Below, in pieces: positions 55,806 through 64,000 of a stretch of 64,000 nt of DNA; the stretch's first letter is position 1, and every line of letters begins with the position of its first letter. Origin of the DNA: Pseudomonas phage PaBG. Under the pieces are notes generated by a model. That model saw nothing but the letters and a program-made list of their open reading frames with translations, had not been told where the DNA came from and ran no database searches. The DNA is taken from sequence record KF147891.1; one strand, written 5' to 3'. The position numbers and the translations under genes were made by a program.

Positions 55806-56639
55806 TTACACCTCCTCGACGTTTGCTTTGGCGCGCAGCATGTAGGTGCTCTCCATTTCCTGCGCGAACGCGAACGCGGTCTGGTTCACTTGTTCCCATC
55901 CGCTAGGCACTTCAAACAAGCGCTCCTGCGGCAAGCGCATGAACAGGCCTAGGGCCAGGTGATCGAAGCGTGCAGGCAGCAACTGGGTACGCTTGCCGTC
56001 GATCTTGGCGCTGCCCATCGCACGAAACACACCGAACGCGGTGGCGAAGAAGTCGTTGACCTCGCTCGGCCCCTGCACTTCGCCTTTGAGCTGTTCGAGC
56101 AGTTCCTGAGCTTTGCGCCCAAAGGTCGTGCGCTTGTCGGGTTGCGCCATGACGACACCGCCGAACTCATCGTAGTTGTCGATGACTGTCCAGTTGCAGA
56201 ACGTGTGCAACTGCCTGTCTGTCCACGCAGCTTCAACTTCGTCACGCGCAGGAGCCATGCCGGGTTTGGTGCGGAAGAGCACACCGGCGACAGACAAACC
56301 TTCCAGCGGATGCCACGACGTTGCGATGTCCAAGCACTGGAAGTGCGTGTCAGCAAACGTCTTGAGCTTGTCAGCCAGAAACTCCTTGTGGGTCTTCTGA
56401 TCCAGATAGAGCTGGTCGAAGTCGAAGTCCTCGGCCTCGCGAAAGATGAAGTAGTGGTACGCGCTGTTCAGCGGTTCCATGTGGTTGATGATGGTCTCCA
56501 GCAGTTGCTTGTCCTGCTTGGATACCATAGATGCGTACTTGTGCATGTACTTGAGTCCATTGAACGGGCTGTTGGCCATATCGTAGGCCAGTGTTGTCGG
56601 ATCGTCGATGCTGCCATCGCGTACAGTCTGTTTACGCAT
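55806..56639 (-). CDS. hypothetical protein (start at internal Met)
   Basis: Track start 56747 overlaps upstream gene by 115 nt. Met at 56637-56639 leaves a 2-nt gap. Confidence 0.45.
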   Translation of the reverse strand: MRKQTVRDGSIDDPTTLAYDMANSPFNGLKYMHKYASMVSKQDKQLLETIINHMEPLNSAYHYFIFREAEDFDFDQLYLDQKTHKEFLADKLKTFADTHFQCLDIATSWHPLEGLSVAGVLFRTKPGMAPARDEVEAAWTDRQLHTFCNWTVIDNYDEFGGVVMAQPDKRTTFGRKAQELLEQLKGEVQGPSEVNDFFATAFGVFRAMGSAKIDGKRTQLLPARFDHLALGLFMRLPQERLFEVPSGWEQVNQTAFAFAQEMESTYMLRAKANVEEV

Positions 56640-56937
56640 TTGCGAGAACCCCCATTGCAACGATTGCTTTGCGGAAGAAATCACGCTCGCCTTCGGGGAA
56701 CGCTTCCCACGTGTCTTGCTCCAACGCAGTGTGACGCGCCTCGCCATTCAAGCGGTAGAGCGTATAGTGGTAGTCGGCGTGATGTGGGCTATCCACTGTG
56801 AACAGCCAGTTGCCTGCCTTGACCGCGTAACCCGCGCCCTCCCGTACAACTTTGACATCCAGGAGCAGCTCGGTTTGTTTGAGCTCCTTTTCTAGGCGCT
56901 TGCGAAAGCGTTCTACCTTAGCATACGGTGTCAGCAT
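56632..56937 (-). CDS. hypothetical protein
   Basis: 101 aa. Confidence 0.4.
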   Translation of the reverse strand: MLTPYAKVERFRKRLEKELKQTELLLDVKVVREGAGYAVKAGNWLFTVDSPHHADYHYTLYRLNGEARHTALEQDTWEAFPEGERDFFRKAIVAMGVLANA

Positions 56938-57341
56938 TATTCAGCTTCCTCGTCGGAGCCCTTGACGGGTTTACGATCCCGCGGCAGCACGAAGGAGCGT
57001 TCGCCTTTGCCCAGGCGAGCATCCATTTCGCGCTGATACTGGATGTCCCACTTGCCTTCTTCGATATGTTCGCGCAGGTTCGCCCACGTATCGGCACTCG
57101 ACAGGCCTTGCTCGATTGCAGACTTGTGCATCTGCAGGACGTTGAGTTCGTCCTGATTCATGTACTGGTCACTCTCGGTACTGCTTAGGCGATCCATACG
57201 TTCCTGAATTTGCGCAGGCAGATCAGTTCGCATGTTGAGCGCCTTGAGCGCCTTCTTGCTTTGATTGAGTCCGTAGCGTTCGCCCACGCGCAACGCCTGA
57301 CGAATCACGTTCAAGGTTTCGTTGTCCAGAATGATGGCCAT
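56937..57341 (-). CDS. hypothetical acidic protein
   Basis: 134 aa. Confidence 0.45.
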   Translation of the reverse strand: MAIILDNETLNVIRQALRVGERYGLNQSKKALKALNMRTDLPAQIQERMDRLSSTESDQYMNQDELNVLQMHKSAIEQGLSSADTWANLREHIEEGKWDIQYQREMDARLGKGERSFVLPRDRKPVKGSDEEAE

Positions 57342-57346
57342 ACGAT

Positions 57347-57784
57347 CTAACCTCTGCCGATAAATGAAATTGTTGGGAACTTGTACCCGAACAACGCGAG
57401 ACGGAATTGCACAACAGGGCGGTTGTCTTCAAAGCAGCGCACTTCTCGGAATCGGAACCAGAACCAGTCCACCCACGCTTTGTACTCAAGCTCGGATACT
57501 ATGGTGGGTTCCTTCTTGGTGATCTGCGTATCACCTGAGCGATTTGCTGCTGCGCGCATTATATCGTCCAGAAGGCTGTGATGGCTCTCCATAACGAAAC
57601 GACCGCGCATCGCTTGGAGCACACCGTTGATGTACAAGCACGACCAGCAAAATGCTAGCGCCAACAGAATCAAGATCACTACTGGCGTTGCAGGTATGCC
57701 TACTTTGGCAGCCAACGTAGAGGCCACATCCAACGTGGCCCATACGGAGATTGCGTACAGAAGCACGAATGCTAAGCGGCGCAT
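57347..57784 (-). CDS. integral membrane protein (2 TM)
   Basis: LAFVLLYAISVWATL and VVILILLALAFCWSCLYI hydrophobic segments. Confidence 0.45.
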   Translation of the reverse strand: MRRLAFVLLYAISVWATLDVASTLAAKVGIPATPVVILILLALAFCWSCLYINGVLQAMRGRFVMESHHSLLDDIMRAAANRSGDTQITKKEPTIVSELEYKAWVDWFWFRFREVRCFEDNRPVVQFRLALFGYKFPTISFIGRG

Positions 57785-57787
57785 AGG

Positions 57788-58354
57788 TTAGTTCTCGCTA
57801 GCTCGATACAGGTCATAGCGGCCGAGTGGAAACTCCACCTCGGAGTGTGCAGTGCCCGCAATCTCCATTTGCATACAGTGCGGACAATGATGCTGCCCAA
57901 TAGGTTCACCCAGCAGAAGCTCAGGATGGCCCTTGCACTGAAAATCGGAGTCGCGGAAAACTCGCACCAGCACCAGACGCGGCACAGTACGATGCACGTA
58001 CTTGGGATTGTCCGAGTACAGAATGCGGATAGCTGCACTGTAGCCAGCCTCCCGTACGCGGTCCCAGATGTTCTGTTTTGCCCACAGCAGAATCTCGGCA
58101 CGCGCATCGTTCGATGGCTTGGCTTCGCCATAGATCGTCCACATGTAATCGAAGACTTCCTTGTCAAGCGTCGGATGATCTACCATGCCGAAGTAGAAAT
58201 CACCCTCACGATATTCGTACGGCACCAGTGAAGCCTTGTTGGTTGCCAGCGTACAGGACACGCCAGGGAGTTTGGGCGGCAAGTCAAACTCAAGACCGCC
58301 CCATTGTTCAGACTTGAGGCTCGGCATGAGGGCAATCTGGATTTTGTTAGTCAT
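57788..58354 (-). CDS. Cys/His zinc-finger-like protein, tandem paralogue 1
   Basis: Start at internal Met (MTNKIQ...). C-terminal 'FQCKGHPELLLGEPIGQHHCPHCMQME'. Confidence 0.45.
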   Translation of the reverse strand: MTNKIQIALMPSLKSEQWGGLEFDLPPKLPGVSCTLATNKASLVPYEYREGDFYFGMVDHPTLDKEVFDYMWTIYGEAKPSNDARAEILLWAKQNIWDRVREAGYSAAIRILYSDNPKYVHRTVPRLVLVRVFRDSDFQCKGHPELLLGEPIGQHHCPHCMQMEIAGTAHSEVEFPLGRYDLYRASEN

Positions 58355-58853
58355 GGTCGGCCTCGATATGTGGCATTCCGCTGATGAGCATGGCGTTGCA
58401 GAATGGGCAGCGATACGGACGAGTCGGTTCGCCCAGCTGGAACTCTGGATGCTCCTTGCACTCGAAGTCTCGGTTGAAGTAGAAGCGCAGCACGACAAAC
58501 AGATACGGCACGCCTTCCGCTTGCTTCATGTGGCGGATCGAAGTGTGGTGCCCAGTCGAATCCGCTATGGCTCGAATCGCCATCGCAAACTTGGCAATCT
58601 TACCTTCACCTTCGCAGCGTTCGTGTGGACTACCTTGCACGCGAAACACCAGATCAGTGACGGGCATGGTCTGCGGTGCAGAGAACACGGCGTAGTGGAG
58701 GTTACCGTCGCGGGTCACGCGAATGGGCACCATGTTGTGGCGACCGCCGCTGACGGAAATCAGGATGTTGTCCGCCTTGGGGAGTTCGATACCTGCGAAC
58801 AGGCCTTTGGGGTGCGGTTGAGTCAGCATCGGGTAGATAACGTCGGTGCTCAT
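58347..58853 (-). CDS. Cys/His zinc-finger-like protein, tandem paralogue 2
   Basis: C-terminal 'FECKEHPEFQLGEPTRPYRCPFCNAML' parallels paralogue 1. Confidence 0.5.
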   Translation of the reverse strand: MSTDVIYPMLTQPHPKGLFAGIELPKADNILISVSGGRHNMVPIRVTRDGNLHYAVFSAPQTMPVTDLVFRVQGSPHERCEGEGKIAKFAMAIRAIADSTGHHTSIRHMKQAEGVPYLFVVLRFYFNRDFECKEHPEFQLGEPTRPYRCPFCNAMLISGMPHIEADHD

Positions 58854-59242
58854 TTCGGAGACTCCTTGTACCAGACCTTGACGAAGGCGTACATGTGATC
58901 ACTGCATTGGCTAGTCACGTACCATTGTTGGGTTTTGTACCCGTGAGCCGCAAACAGCTCGGACACGTCTGCGGCAGCAGCTTGCAGCAACTCCAGATCA
59001 GAGTCTGCGAAGCGCAGCGCGATGATGCTAGACGTTGGGACCTCAGGGTCTTCATCCGTCACAAAGGCATACAGCTTGTTGCCTTCGACTTTTGCAGGTT
59101 CAAGGGATTCAGTTATCCCGTCTACGACCGCAATCGCCATGTCAGGGCTGAGTACGGGGAGTTGAATTTCGGAGTCTTCGATCATGACTACGTTCGGACG
59201 TACCGACGCGAAGCCTACGATCCATGGGAGTGTACGGCGCAT
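58850..59242 (-). CDS. hypothetical protein
   Basis: 130 aa. Confidence 0.45.
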   Translation of the reverse strand: MRRTLPWIVGFASVRPNVVMIEDSEIQLPVLSPDMAIAVVDGITESLEPAKVEGNKLYAFVTDEDPEVPTSSIIALRFADSDLELLQAAAADVSELFAAHGYKTQQWYVTSQCSDHMYAFVKVWYKESPK

Positions 59243-59475
59243 TACGATATACCTCTAATGAGAACATTTGGAAAGTCCATCATGGTGTAGTGGGGCTTGC
59301 CCTTCACTTCAACATCCACGATAAACGATTTCCGATCTGGAGAGCGGCGAACGTCGACCAGCTTGAGTCGATCACCCTTTTGCAGAATAGCGACACCCGT
59401 AGGCATTCCTTGCAAAACTACAGGACCATCAGTTAGCTCGACGACATTGCCTTTCAGTTTGGCAAATTCGTCCAC
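59242..59475 (-). CDS. hypothetical small protein
   Basis: 77 aa. Confidence 0.4.
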   Translation of the reverse strand: MDEFAKLKGNVVELTDGPVVLQGMPTGVAILQKGDRLKLVDVRRSPDRKSFIVDVEVKGKPHYTMMDFPNVLIRGIS

Positions 59476-59485
59476 TAGAACTCCC

Positions 59486-59839
59486 TCAATGTCGGATTGG
59501 GCCTTCTTGCAAGTAACCCAACCACTCCGCAGTGTGCAGGACTTCCACGAGAACGACGATGCTCTGTTTCATCTGAGCATCCACCACTTCGTCTTCCCGT
59601 GGACCTACGATTCGGCGTACTATTGATTGCTTGAACTGCACGTCCAGCACACGCCCTATGGTATCGCTGCTGCGTGGACTCAGGTGTTCCGAGGCGTCAT
59701 CCACCGAGAGTTGGTACAGTGCGCCCTTCTCAGGAATCACCAGCAGATTCGGATGCACCAGTACACGCTCCAACTGACGCCCGTCTGCCCAGACTTCGTA
59801 GTTGACCTTGTTGTCGATAAATGCGGCTACTTTTCCCAT
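59486..59839 (-). CDS. hypothetical protein
   Basis: 117 aa. Confidence 0.45.
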   Translation of the reverse strand: MGKVAAFIDNKVNYEVWADGRQLERVLVHPNLLVIPEKGALYQLSVDDASEHLSPRSSDTIGRVLDVQFKQSIVRRIVGPREDEVVDAQMKQSIVVLVEVLHTAEWLGYLQEGPIRH

Positions 59840-59874
59840 GATACTTCTCCAAACTCATCTATTGGTGTTGCGAA

Positions 59875-60396
59875 TTACGCGAAGGCTTCGGCGAACGCCA
59901 CCAAGTTCGCGGTGTTGGTAACGTACAGCTTGTTGTTCTCGACCAGACGTAGGCGAATCTCGTAGAGTTCTGGCACTTGACTCAGGCAGCGCAGGGACAC
60001 CAGAGTGAAGGCGCCGAACTTGTTGCCGTAGAGAGTCGGCGGCGCAGGTTCGATAGGAGCATCTTGGTCAACCTCGTCCAGAGCAACTAGACCTTCCAGC
60101 ATGAAGTTGCCACGCAGTTCGCAGTCTGCGATTAGCCCTTCGAGCATTGCGCGCAGGACGATTCGGACGTTCGGGATGTTTGGCAGCACAAACGTCTTCA
60201 AGTGCGGATCACTGGTCATGAAGTAGATGGCGCTCACTGGAACGTCAACGCCATCCATGTGATCTTCTACCATTGCGATCTGCCGTCCGCACGCATCGGC
60301 AATCTCCAGCACAGTACCCACAGGAAGTTGCTCAGGTACGGCACGCCCTGCGAACACTGGCGTGAACGGCAGGGTCTTCGTTAGGATAACGCGCAT
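59875..60396 (-). CDS. hypothetical protein
   Basis: 173 aa. Confidence 0.45.
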   Translation of the reverse strand: MRVILTKTLPFTPVFAGRAVPEQLPVGTVLEIADACGRQIAMVEDHMDGVDVPVSAIYFMTSDPHLKTFVLPNIPNVRIVLRAMLEGLIADCELRGNFMLEGLVALDEVDQDAPIEPAPPTLYGNKFGAFTLVSLRCLSQVPELYEIRLRLVENNKLYVTNTANLVAFAEAFA

Positions 60397-60397
60397 A

Positions 60398-60910
60398 TCA
60401 CTTCTCCTTGATTTTGAGTTTCGTCACCTCTGTTGCAAACTGCTCCAGCTCGGCATCCCAGTACAGGCGTTCAACCTTGCCCTTGTCGTAGTACCCGTAC
60501 AGGTCACCTTTCACGCACGCGGCGAACAGCTTGTACAGTGCCAGATCAAACGTGCTCGCGTCGATGCTGATATGCCGAGTAGTGGTCACCAGTCGAGTGC
60601 GTATCACCTTGCGGTCTTCAAACACGGGAACGCTGATCCGTGTAGCTTCGCCAAAGCGGAAGCCGACTACGCGAAAGCGCGCACTGGTCGAATCCCACAT
60701 GACGCCGAAGGTTGCCTTGGTTTTCAGCTTCTCAGCAATCTCGGCAGCACTCGGAACAACCAACGCGTGGTCACCAAACTCTTTTGCGGATAGGCGAGAC
60801 GCAACTTTGCCTCGCCAGATGTTGAAGCCGCCATCGCACTCGTTGCAGCGGACAAGCATACCCTCTCGAAACTTCTTAGTGTCCGCGATAATCAACGCCA
60901 CATCGTTCAT
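60398..60910 (-). CDS. hypothetical protein
   Basis: 170 aa. Confidence 0.45.
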   Translation of the reverse strand: MNDVALIIADTKKFREGMLVRCNECDGGFNIWRGKVASRLSAKEFGDHALVVPSAAEIAEKLKTKATFGVMWDSTSARFRVVGFRFGEATRISVPVFEDRKVIRTRLVTTTRHISIDASTFDLALYKLFAACVKGDLYGYYDKGKVERLYWDAELEQFATEVTKLKIKEK

Positions 60911-61422
60911 TGCCGCGTTGCTCCGATTCGGCAGTGCATCGCGTGCAGCTCCTCGCTAGAAATAGGAGGTTGCGTGTACGAGCTGCACTTGGTGTAGAAC
61001 GCAAACACCACGTCAACCGATGGACTGCGCAGGTCGCGCTTGTCGATCACGGTGTCCATGTACTTGCCGCTGCCCAGATCACCAAACTCGGCAATGTAGA
61101 TGATGCGCTGCACGTGGTCGCCGTTCGCAACTTCTTGCAGGAGATTCGGGTCGAACCCGGAGTGAATGATCACGACTTCGGACCAAGGCGTCTCCGGAAA
61201 CATACCGAACAGGCTGTGGCTCAGGTGCCCGTCAACCGATTTCAGTCGGCGCAGCACTGCCTCGTACATTTTCTCCTGACGAGGATCGGAGAGCAACAAA
61301 CAGGCGTTACTCTCTTTCAAGGTAGCAGCCAAAAAGGCCACTACCTGATCTTCATACGAGGAGCGGCTCAGGCTCATGCGAATGGAGTCAAACGGTTTCT
61401 TGAGGGCATCCAGCAGATTCAT
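60907..61422 (-). CDS. hypothetical protein
   Basis: 171 aa. Confidence 0.45.
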   Translation of the reverse strand: MNLLDALKKPFDSIRMSLSRSSYEDQVVAFLAATLKESNACLLLSDPRQEKMYEAVLRRLKSVDGHLSHSLFGMFPETPWSEVVIIHSGFDPNLLQEVANGDHVQRIIYIAEFGDLGSGKYMDTVIDKRDLRSPSVDVVFAFYTKCSSYTQPPISSEELHAMHCRIGATRQ

Positions 61423-61993
61423 TGGCTGTGCTCCGTGGCTTGTGGTGATCGGGTGCCCAGATTTCTTGGGCGTCCATGTGGGCTTTCACTTCCTCGAACG
61501 TGAAGAAGCGATGCTCCGGGTGATTGTCCAGACCAACATCGAGTCGCTTGCCGCGAGCTTCGAGGTTACCGTGGCAGTGCCCATGTACATGCCATGTGCC
61601 GTAGTGACTGCGGTTCCAAATCTCCCACGGGAAGTGGCACATGTAGATCAACTGCCCGTTGACCTTAGCTCGGTACGTGTCCCCGATAAACTGCACACGG
61701 CTCAGGCCCGCACGTCGCACTTTGCTCCAGAGGAAGTCCTCGTCGTGATTGCCGAGCACAAACACCTTCTGGCCGTTGAGCGCCTCGATCAGATCAATCA
61801 GGCGCTGCTCTTCGGTGTGCCGCAGGAACGAGAAGTCGCCAGCGTGGTACACCGTGTCGCCCGGACGTACGGTGCTGTTCCACAGGTCCAGCAAGCGCTC
61901 CGTGTTCTCCGAGTTCTCCCAAGGCCTGGCGTTAAAGGTGCAGACCTTGTCGTGGTAGAAGTGCAGATCGCTGGTGAAGTAGTGCTCAACCAT
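61388..61993 (-). CDS. calcineurin-like metallophosphoesterase
   Basis: Motifs 'SDLHFYH', 'HAGDFSF', 'LGNHDE' and 'HVHGHCHG' match the D-x-H / GD / GNH[DE] / GH-x-H metallophosphatase pattern. Confidence 0.75.
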   Translation of the reverse strand: MVEHYFTSDLHFYHDKVCTFNARPWENSENTERLLDLWNSTVRPGDTVYHAGDFSFLRHTEEQRLIDLIEALNGQKVFVLGNHDEDFLWSKVRRAGLSRVQFIGDTYRAKVNGQLIYMCHFPWEIWNRSHYGTWHVHGHCHGNLEARGKRLDVGLDNHPEHRFFTFEEVKAHMDAQEIWAPDHHKPRSTANESAGCPQETV

Positions 61994-62249
61994 GTGTTAC
62001 TCCTTTCTGTTGACGCAGCTCCCACCACACCAAGAGAGCGAGTGACGAAAGCAACAACCCAAATAGCCAAGCATAGTACAATACCATACGATGCCAAAAT
62101 TCCGAGAAGCTCGTCGGCGGTGTGCCCATCATCTGCAAAAGTGGTGCCGGCACCAACATCCACAGCTTGAGAGTGATGTGGGTGCAGTCAACGCATTGTT
62201 TGAGAAACGTGACGTACAGCGACCAGATGAGTTCTAGCTTGGCTTTCAT
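61986..62249 (-). CDS. small membrane protein
   Basis: 87 aa, hydrophobic segments (MVLYYAWLFGLLLSSLALLVWW). Confidence 0.4.
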   Translation of the reverse strand: MKAKLELIWSLYVTFLKQCVDCTHITLKLWMLVPAPLLQMMGTPPTSFSEFWHRMVLYYAWLFGLLLSSLALLVWWELRQQKGVTHG

Positions 62250-63067
62250 CAGTGCAGTACCTCAGGAGTCCAGCCAGGCACATTCAGACGAACCAGAGTG
62301 CGGTGGCAGTCAAAGTTGATCGGCAGCGATTCGTGCAGCATAGTCACGTTGCCTGCGTACACGGTGTTTGCAGCGAGCATGTGCTCACGCATGTGGCTGA
62401 GGTCGATGTGACTGACATCACCGCCATCGCCGATGTCCCCTTCCCATTCGCCTTCGAGTGCGCGACAGGCTTGCACGTTCGACGCCAGAATGATGCCTTC
62501 CAGCGGGAACCCTTGGGCATCAGTGATCCAGTCGGGCTTGGTTTCCCAGCCGGCAGTTGCGTGACGACCGGGCGTCGGCTGATGGCGTGGTGTGCTCGGG
62601 CGTGGAATATGCCCCTGCTGACGGTGACCCGCCACAACAGGTACATGATATGGTTCAGGCTTGTGCCCAAGAGCGGAGATACGATGGCCGTGTCGACCGC
62701 CTGCGCTACGGTGCACACCGTGATGCCCGTTCGCGTATTGCGAATACAGCGCCAGCAGATCAGCCGGCAAACGGTCAGGATCGACAGCGTAGCCCACGCC
62801 AGACTTGCTCAGCTCCGGAATCCAGAAGCCATCCAGGTGCATACGCGGGCGCCGATGGGTCGTGCCTGCTTTGACAACACCTTCGTCGACCATGATGTAC
62901 ACAGGCCCATTTGTCTCTACGCCGTCGAGCATGGCGTCAACCGTGGACTGCCAACGAGCCAGATCGCTCGGCAGGCCGTCGTCTTTGAAGAAGGCGCGCA
63001 TGTGATGGCGTTCGCCCATGAACTCTGGGAAGGTGACGTTGCCGCGTTGCTGCACAATGCTTTGCAT
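62249..63067 (-). CDS. His-rich protein with HxD motif (possible metal-dependent enzyme)
   Basis: Start at Met 5 (GAGGT RBS). 'PVYIMVDEGVVKAGTTHRRPRMHLDGFW' and His-rich insert 'GHHGVHRSAGGRHGHRISALGHKPEPYH'. Confidence 0.45.
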   Translation of the reverse strand: MQSIVQQRGNVTFPEFMGERHHMRAFFKDDGLPSDLARWQSTVDAMLDGVETNGPVYIMVDEGVVKAGTTHRRPRMHLDGFWIPELSKSGVGYAVDPDRLPADLLALYSQYANGHHGVHRSAGGRHGHRISALGHKPEPYHVPVVAGHRQQGHIPRPSTPRHQPTPGRHATAGWETKPDWITDAQGFPLEGIILASNVQACRALEGEWEGDIGDGGDVSHIDLSHMREHMLAANTVYAGNVTMLHESLPINFDCHRTLVRLNVPGWTPEVLH

Positions 63068-63079
63068 ATCTAACCTCAT

Positions 63080-63199
63080 CTATATGTAGAACCAATAGCA
63101 CCAGAATGCTGCGTGCTAGTCGCACTGCCATTATCTCATAACTGCAAACAGTAGTCTATAGTGCTATTGGTTAAATGTTTAGCTCAGGTTGTTTCGTGG
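63080..63199 (-). promoter_or_regulatory. AT-rich early promoter/operator region with 12-bp inverted repeat arms
   Basis: Only sizeable AT-rich non-coding gap in the leftward arm. AACCAATAGCAC (63090-63101) and GTGCTATTGGTT (63161-63172) flank it. Internal GTGC-TAGTC-GCAC and TATA-like elements. Confidence 0.5.
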
Positions 63200-63721
63200 C
63201 TATACGATTTCCGGAATCAAATGCGCCGGAACGTGCTTGTACAGACGGTCGATCGGAACTTCGATTGCCAGACTAGGCAAGTCAGACAACTCAGGACCAA
63301 CAACCTGTCCTTTGAACTTCGGAACTACCCAGGCCGTAGGTGCACGGTTCATATCGCTCGACACGGCGACAACATACACGACAGACATGGGAGGCAGCTT
63401 GCCAGAGACACCGTACTTCTCCTCCTGCGTCAGGTAGGCGAAGCAGCCATCATTGATACCGCTGGTCACGAGGCGATTTAGCTTGCCGTGCTTGCGCTTG
63501 CTCATTACTGCCTTGATGAGGCTGCGCTTGTCCAGCCATTGCTGCGCCGTGAGCAGGATAGCCAGCGACACGAATGACGCAACGATGAATTGCAGGCCGA
63601 GCACTTGGTCGCTGAACAGCTTGTACAACGGCACTAGCGAATTGCTACGAATGCAGATCAGGACGTATGCCGCCAATATGGCGATCACCAGATTGGGCAA
63701 AGCGCGAGATTGAGTAGCCAT
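63200..63721 (-). CDS. membrane protein (2 TM)
   Basis: Start at internal Met 63719-63721 with AAGGAAA RBS. TM ALPNLVIAILAAYVLICI and FIVASFVSLAILL. Confidence 0.5.
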   Translation of the reverse strand: MATQSRALPNLVIAILAAYVLICIRSNSLVPLYKLFSDQVLGLQFIVASFVSLAILLTAQQWLDKRSLIKAVMSKRKHGKLNRLVTSGINDGCFAYLTQEEKYGVSGKLPPMSVVYVVAVSSDMNRAPTAWVVPKFKGQVVGPELSDLPSLAIEVPIDRLYKHVPAHLIPEIV

Positions 63722-63996
63722 CAGAAGTTTCCTTGTTCGACTTTTATTTTGTGTGGGCGGAAGTCGCCCTGCATGGAGTGCAGCTTCTCGGTGAGAAGGT
63801 TGCGCTTGTACCAAGCACGCCCGTACGCCGCGGCGAACAGAGTGCTCATACCCGTACGACGAGGCGCACAACGCACCACGTATACCGGGTTATTGCTGTG
63901 CAGCATGTCCATTATTTTGCGCTGGTGTGGATACAGGTTGTCGATGGGCGGCGGCACGTTCGGCTTCTTAGGTAACTCCGCGATCGCCGCCATCAT
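63721..63996 (-). CDS. hypothetical protein
   Basis: 91 aa. 1-nt stop/start overlap with downstream gene. Start near window edge. Confidence 0.4.
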   Translation of the reverse strand: MMAAIAELPKKPNVPPPIDNLYPHQRKIMDMLHSNNPVYVVRCAPRRTGMSTLFAAAYGRAWYKRNLLTEKLHSMQGDFRPHKIKVEQGNF

Positions 63997-64000
63997 ATCG

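Noticed and set aside
44055-63073. Long + strand ORFs in the leftward arm (e.g. 44055..44522, 47550..48317, 53449..54084, 54590..55906, 55959..56801, 61376..62170, 62252..63073)
   Set aside because: The - strand frames there have RBSs, tight stop-start coupling and recognisable motifs (RHH, metallophosphatase, SPFH). The + frames are antisense artefacts.
1-64000. CRISPR arrays, tRNA genes, integrase or attachment sites
   Set aside because: No regularly spaced direct repeats and no cloverleaf-compatible intergenic segments were found. The few non-coding gaps are under 125 nt and are explained as terminators or promoters. No tyrosine or serine recombinase motifs appear in any ORF.

Overview
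This window looks like part of a dsDNA tailed-phage or prophage genome with about 57% GC, organised as two convergent transcription units. The rightward unit (1 to about 43,100, + strand) is a tightly packed late, host-recognition module. It encodes Ig-like, collagen-like, Calx-beta, PA14, fibrinogen-like and LamG/ConA-like repeat proteins, a canonical phage tail fibre, and three tandem ~600-aa paralogues. It ends with a lysis cassette (holin-like, u-spanin-like lipoprotein, M15-like peptidase) and NUDIX and DUF1289 cargo genes, then terminator hairpins. The leftward unit (43,277 to 64,000, - strand) is a dense array of about 40 small, mostly orphan early genes. Recognisable among them are an SPFH/band-7 protein, a winged-helix protein, an Arc-type RHH regulator, DUF4326, a calcineurin-like metallophosphoesterase, and an AT-rich promoter region with a long inverted repeat. 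No capsid, portal, terminase, polymerase, integrase, tRNA or CRISPR signatures are visible, so this is an internal genome fragment. Features not explained by routine annotation are listed as findings below.
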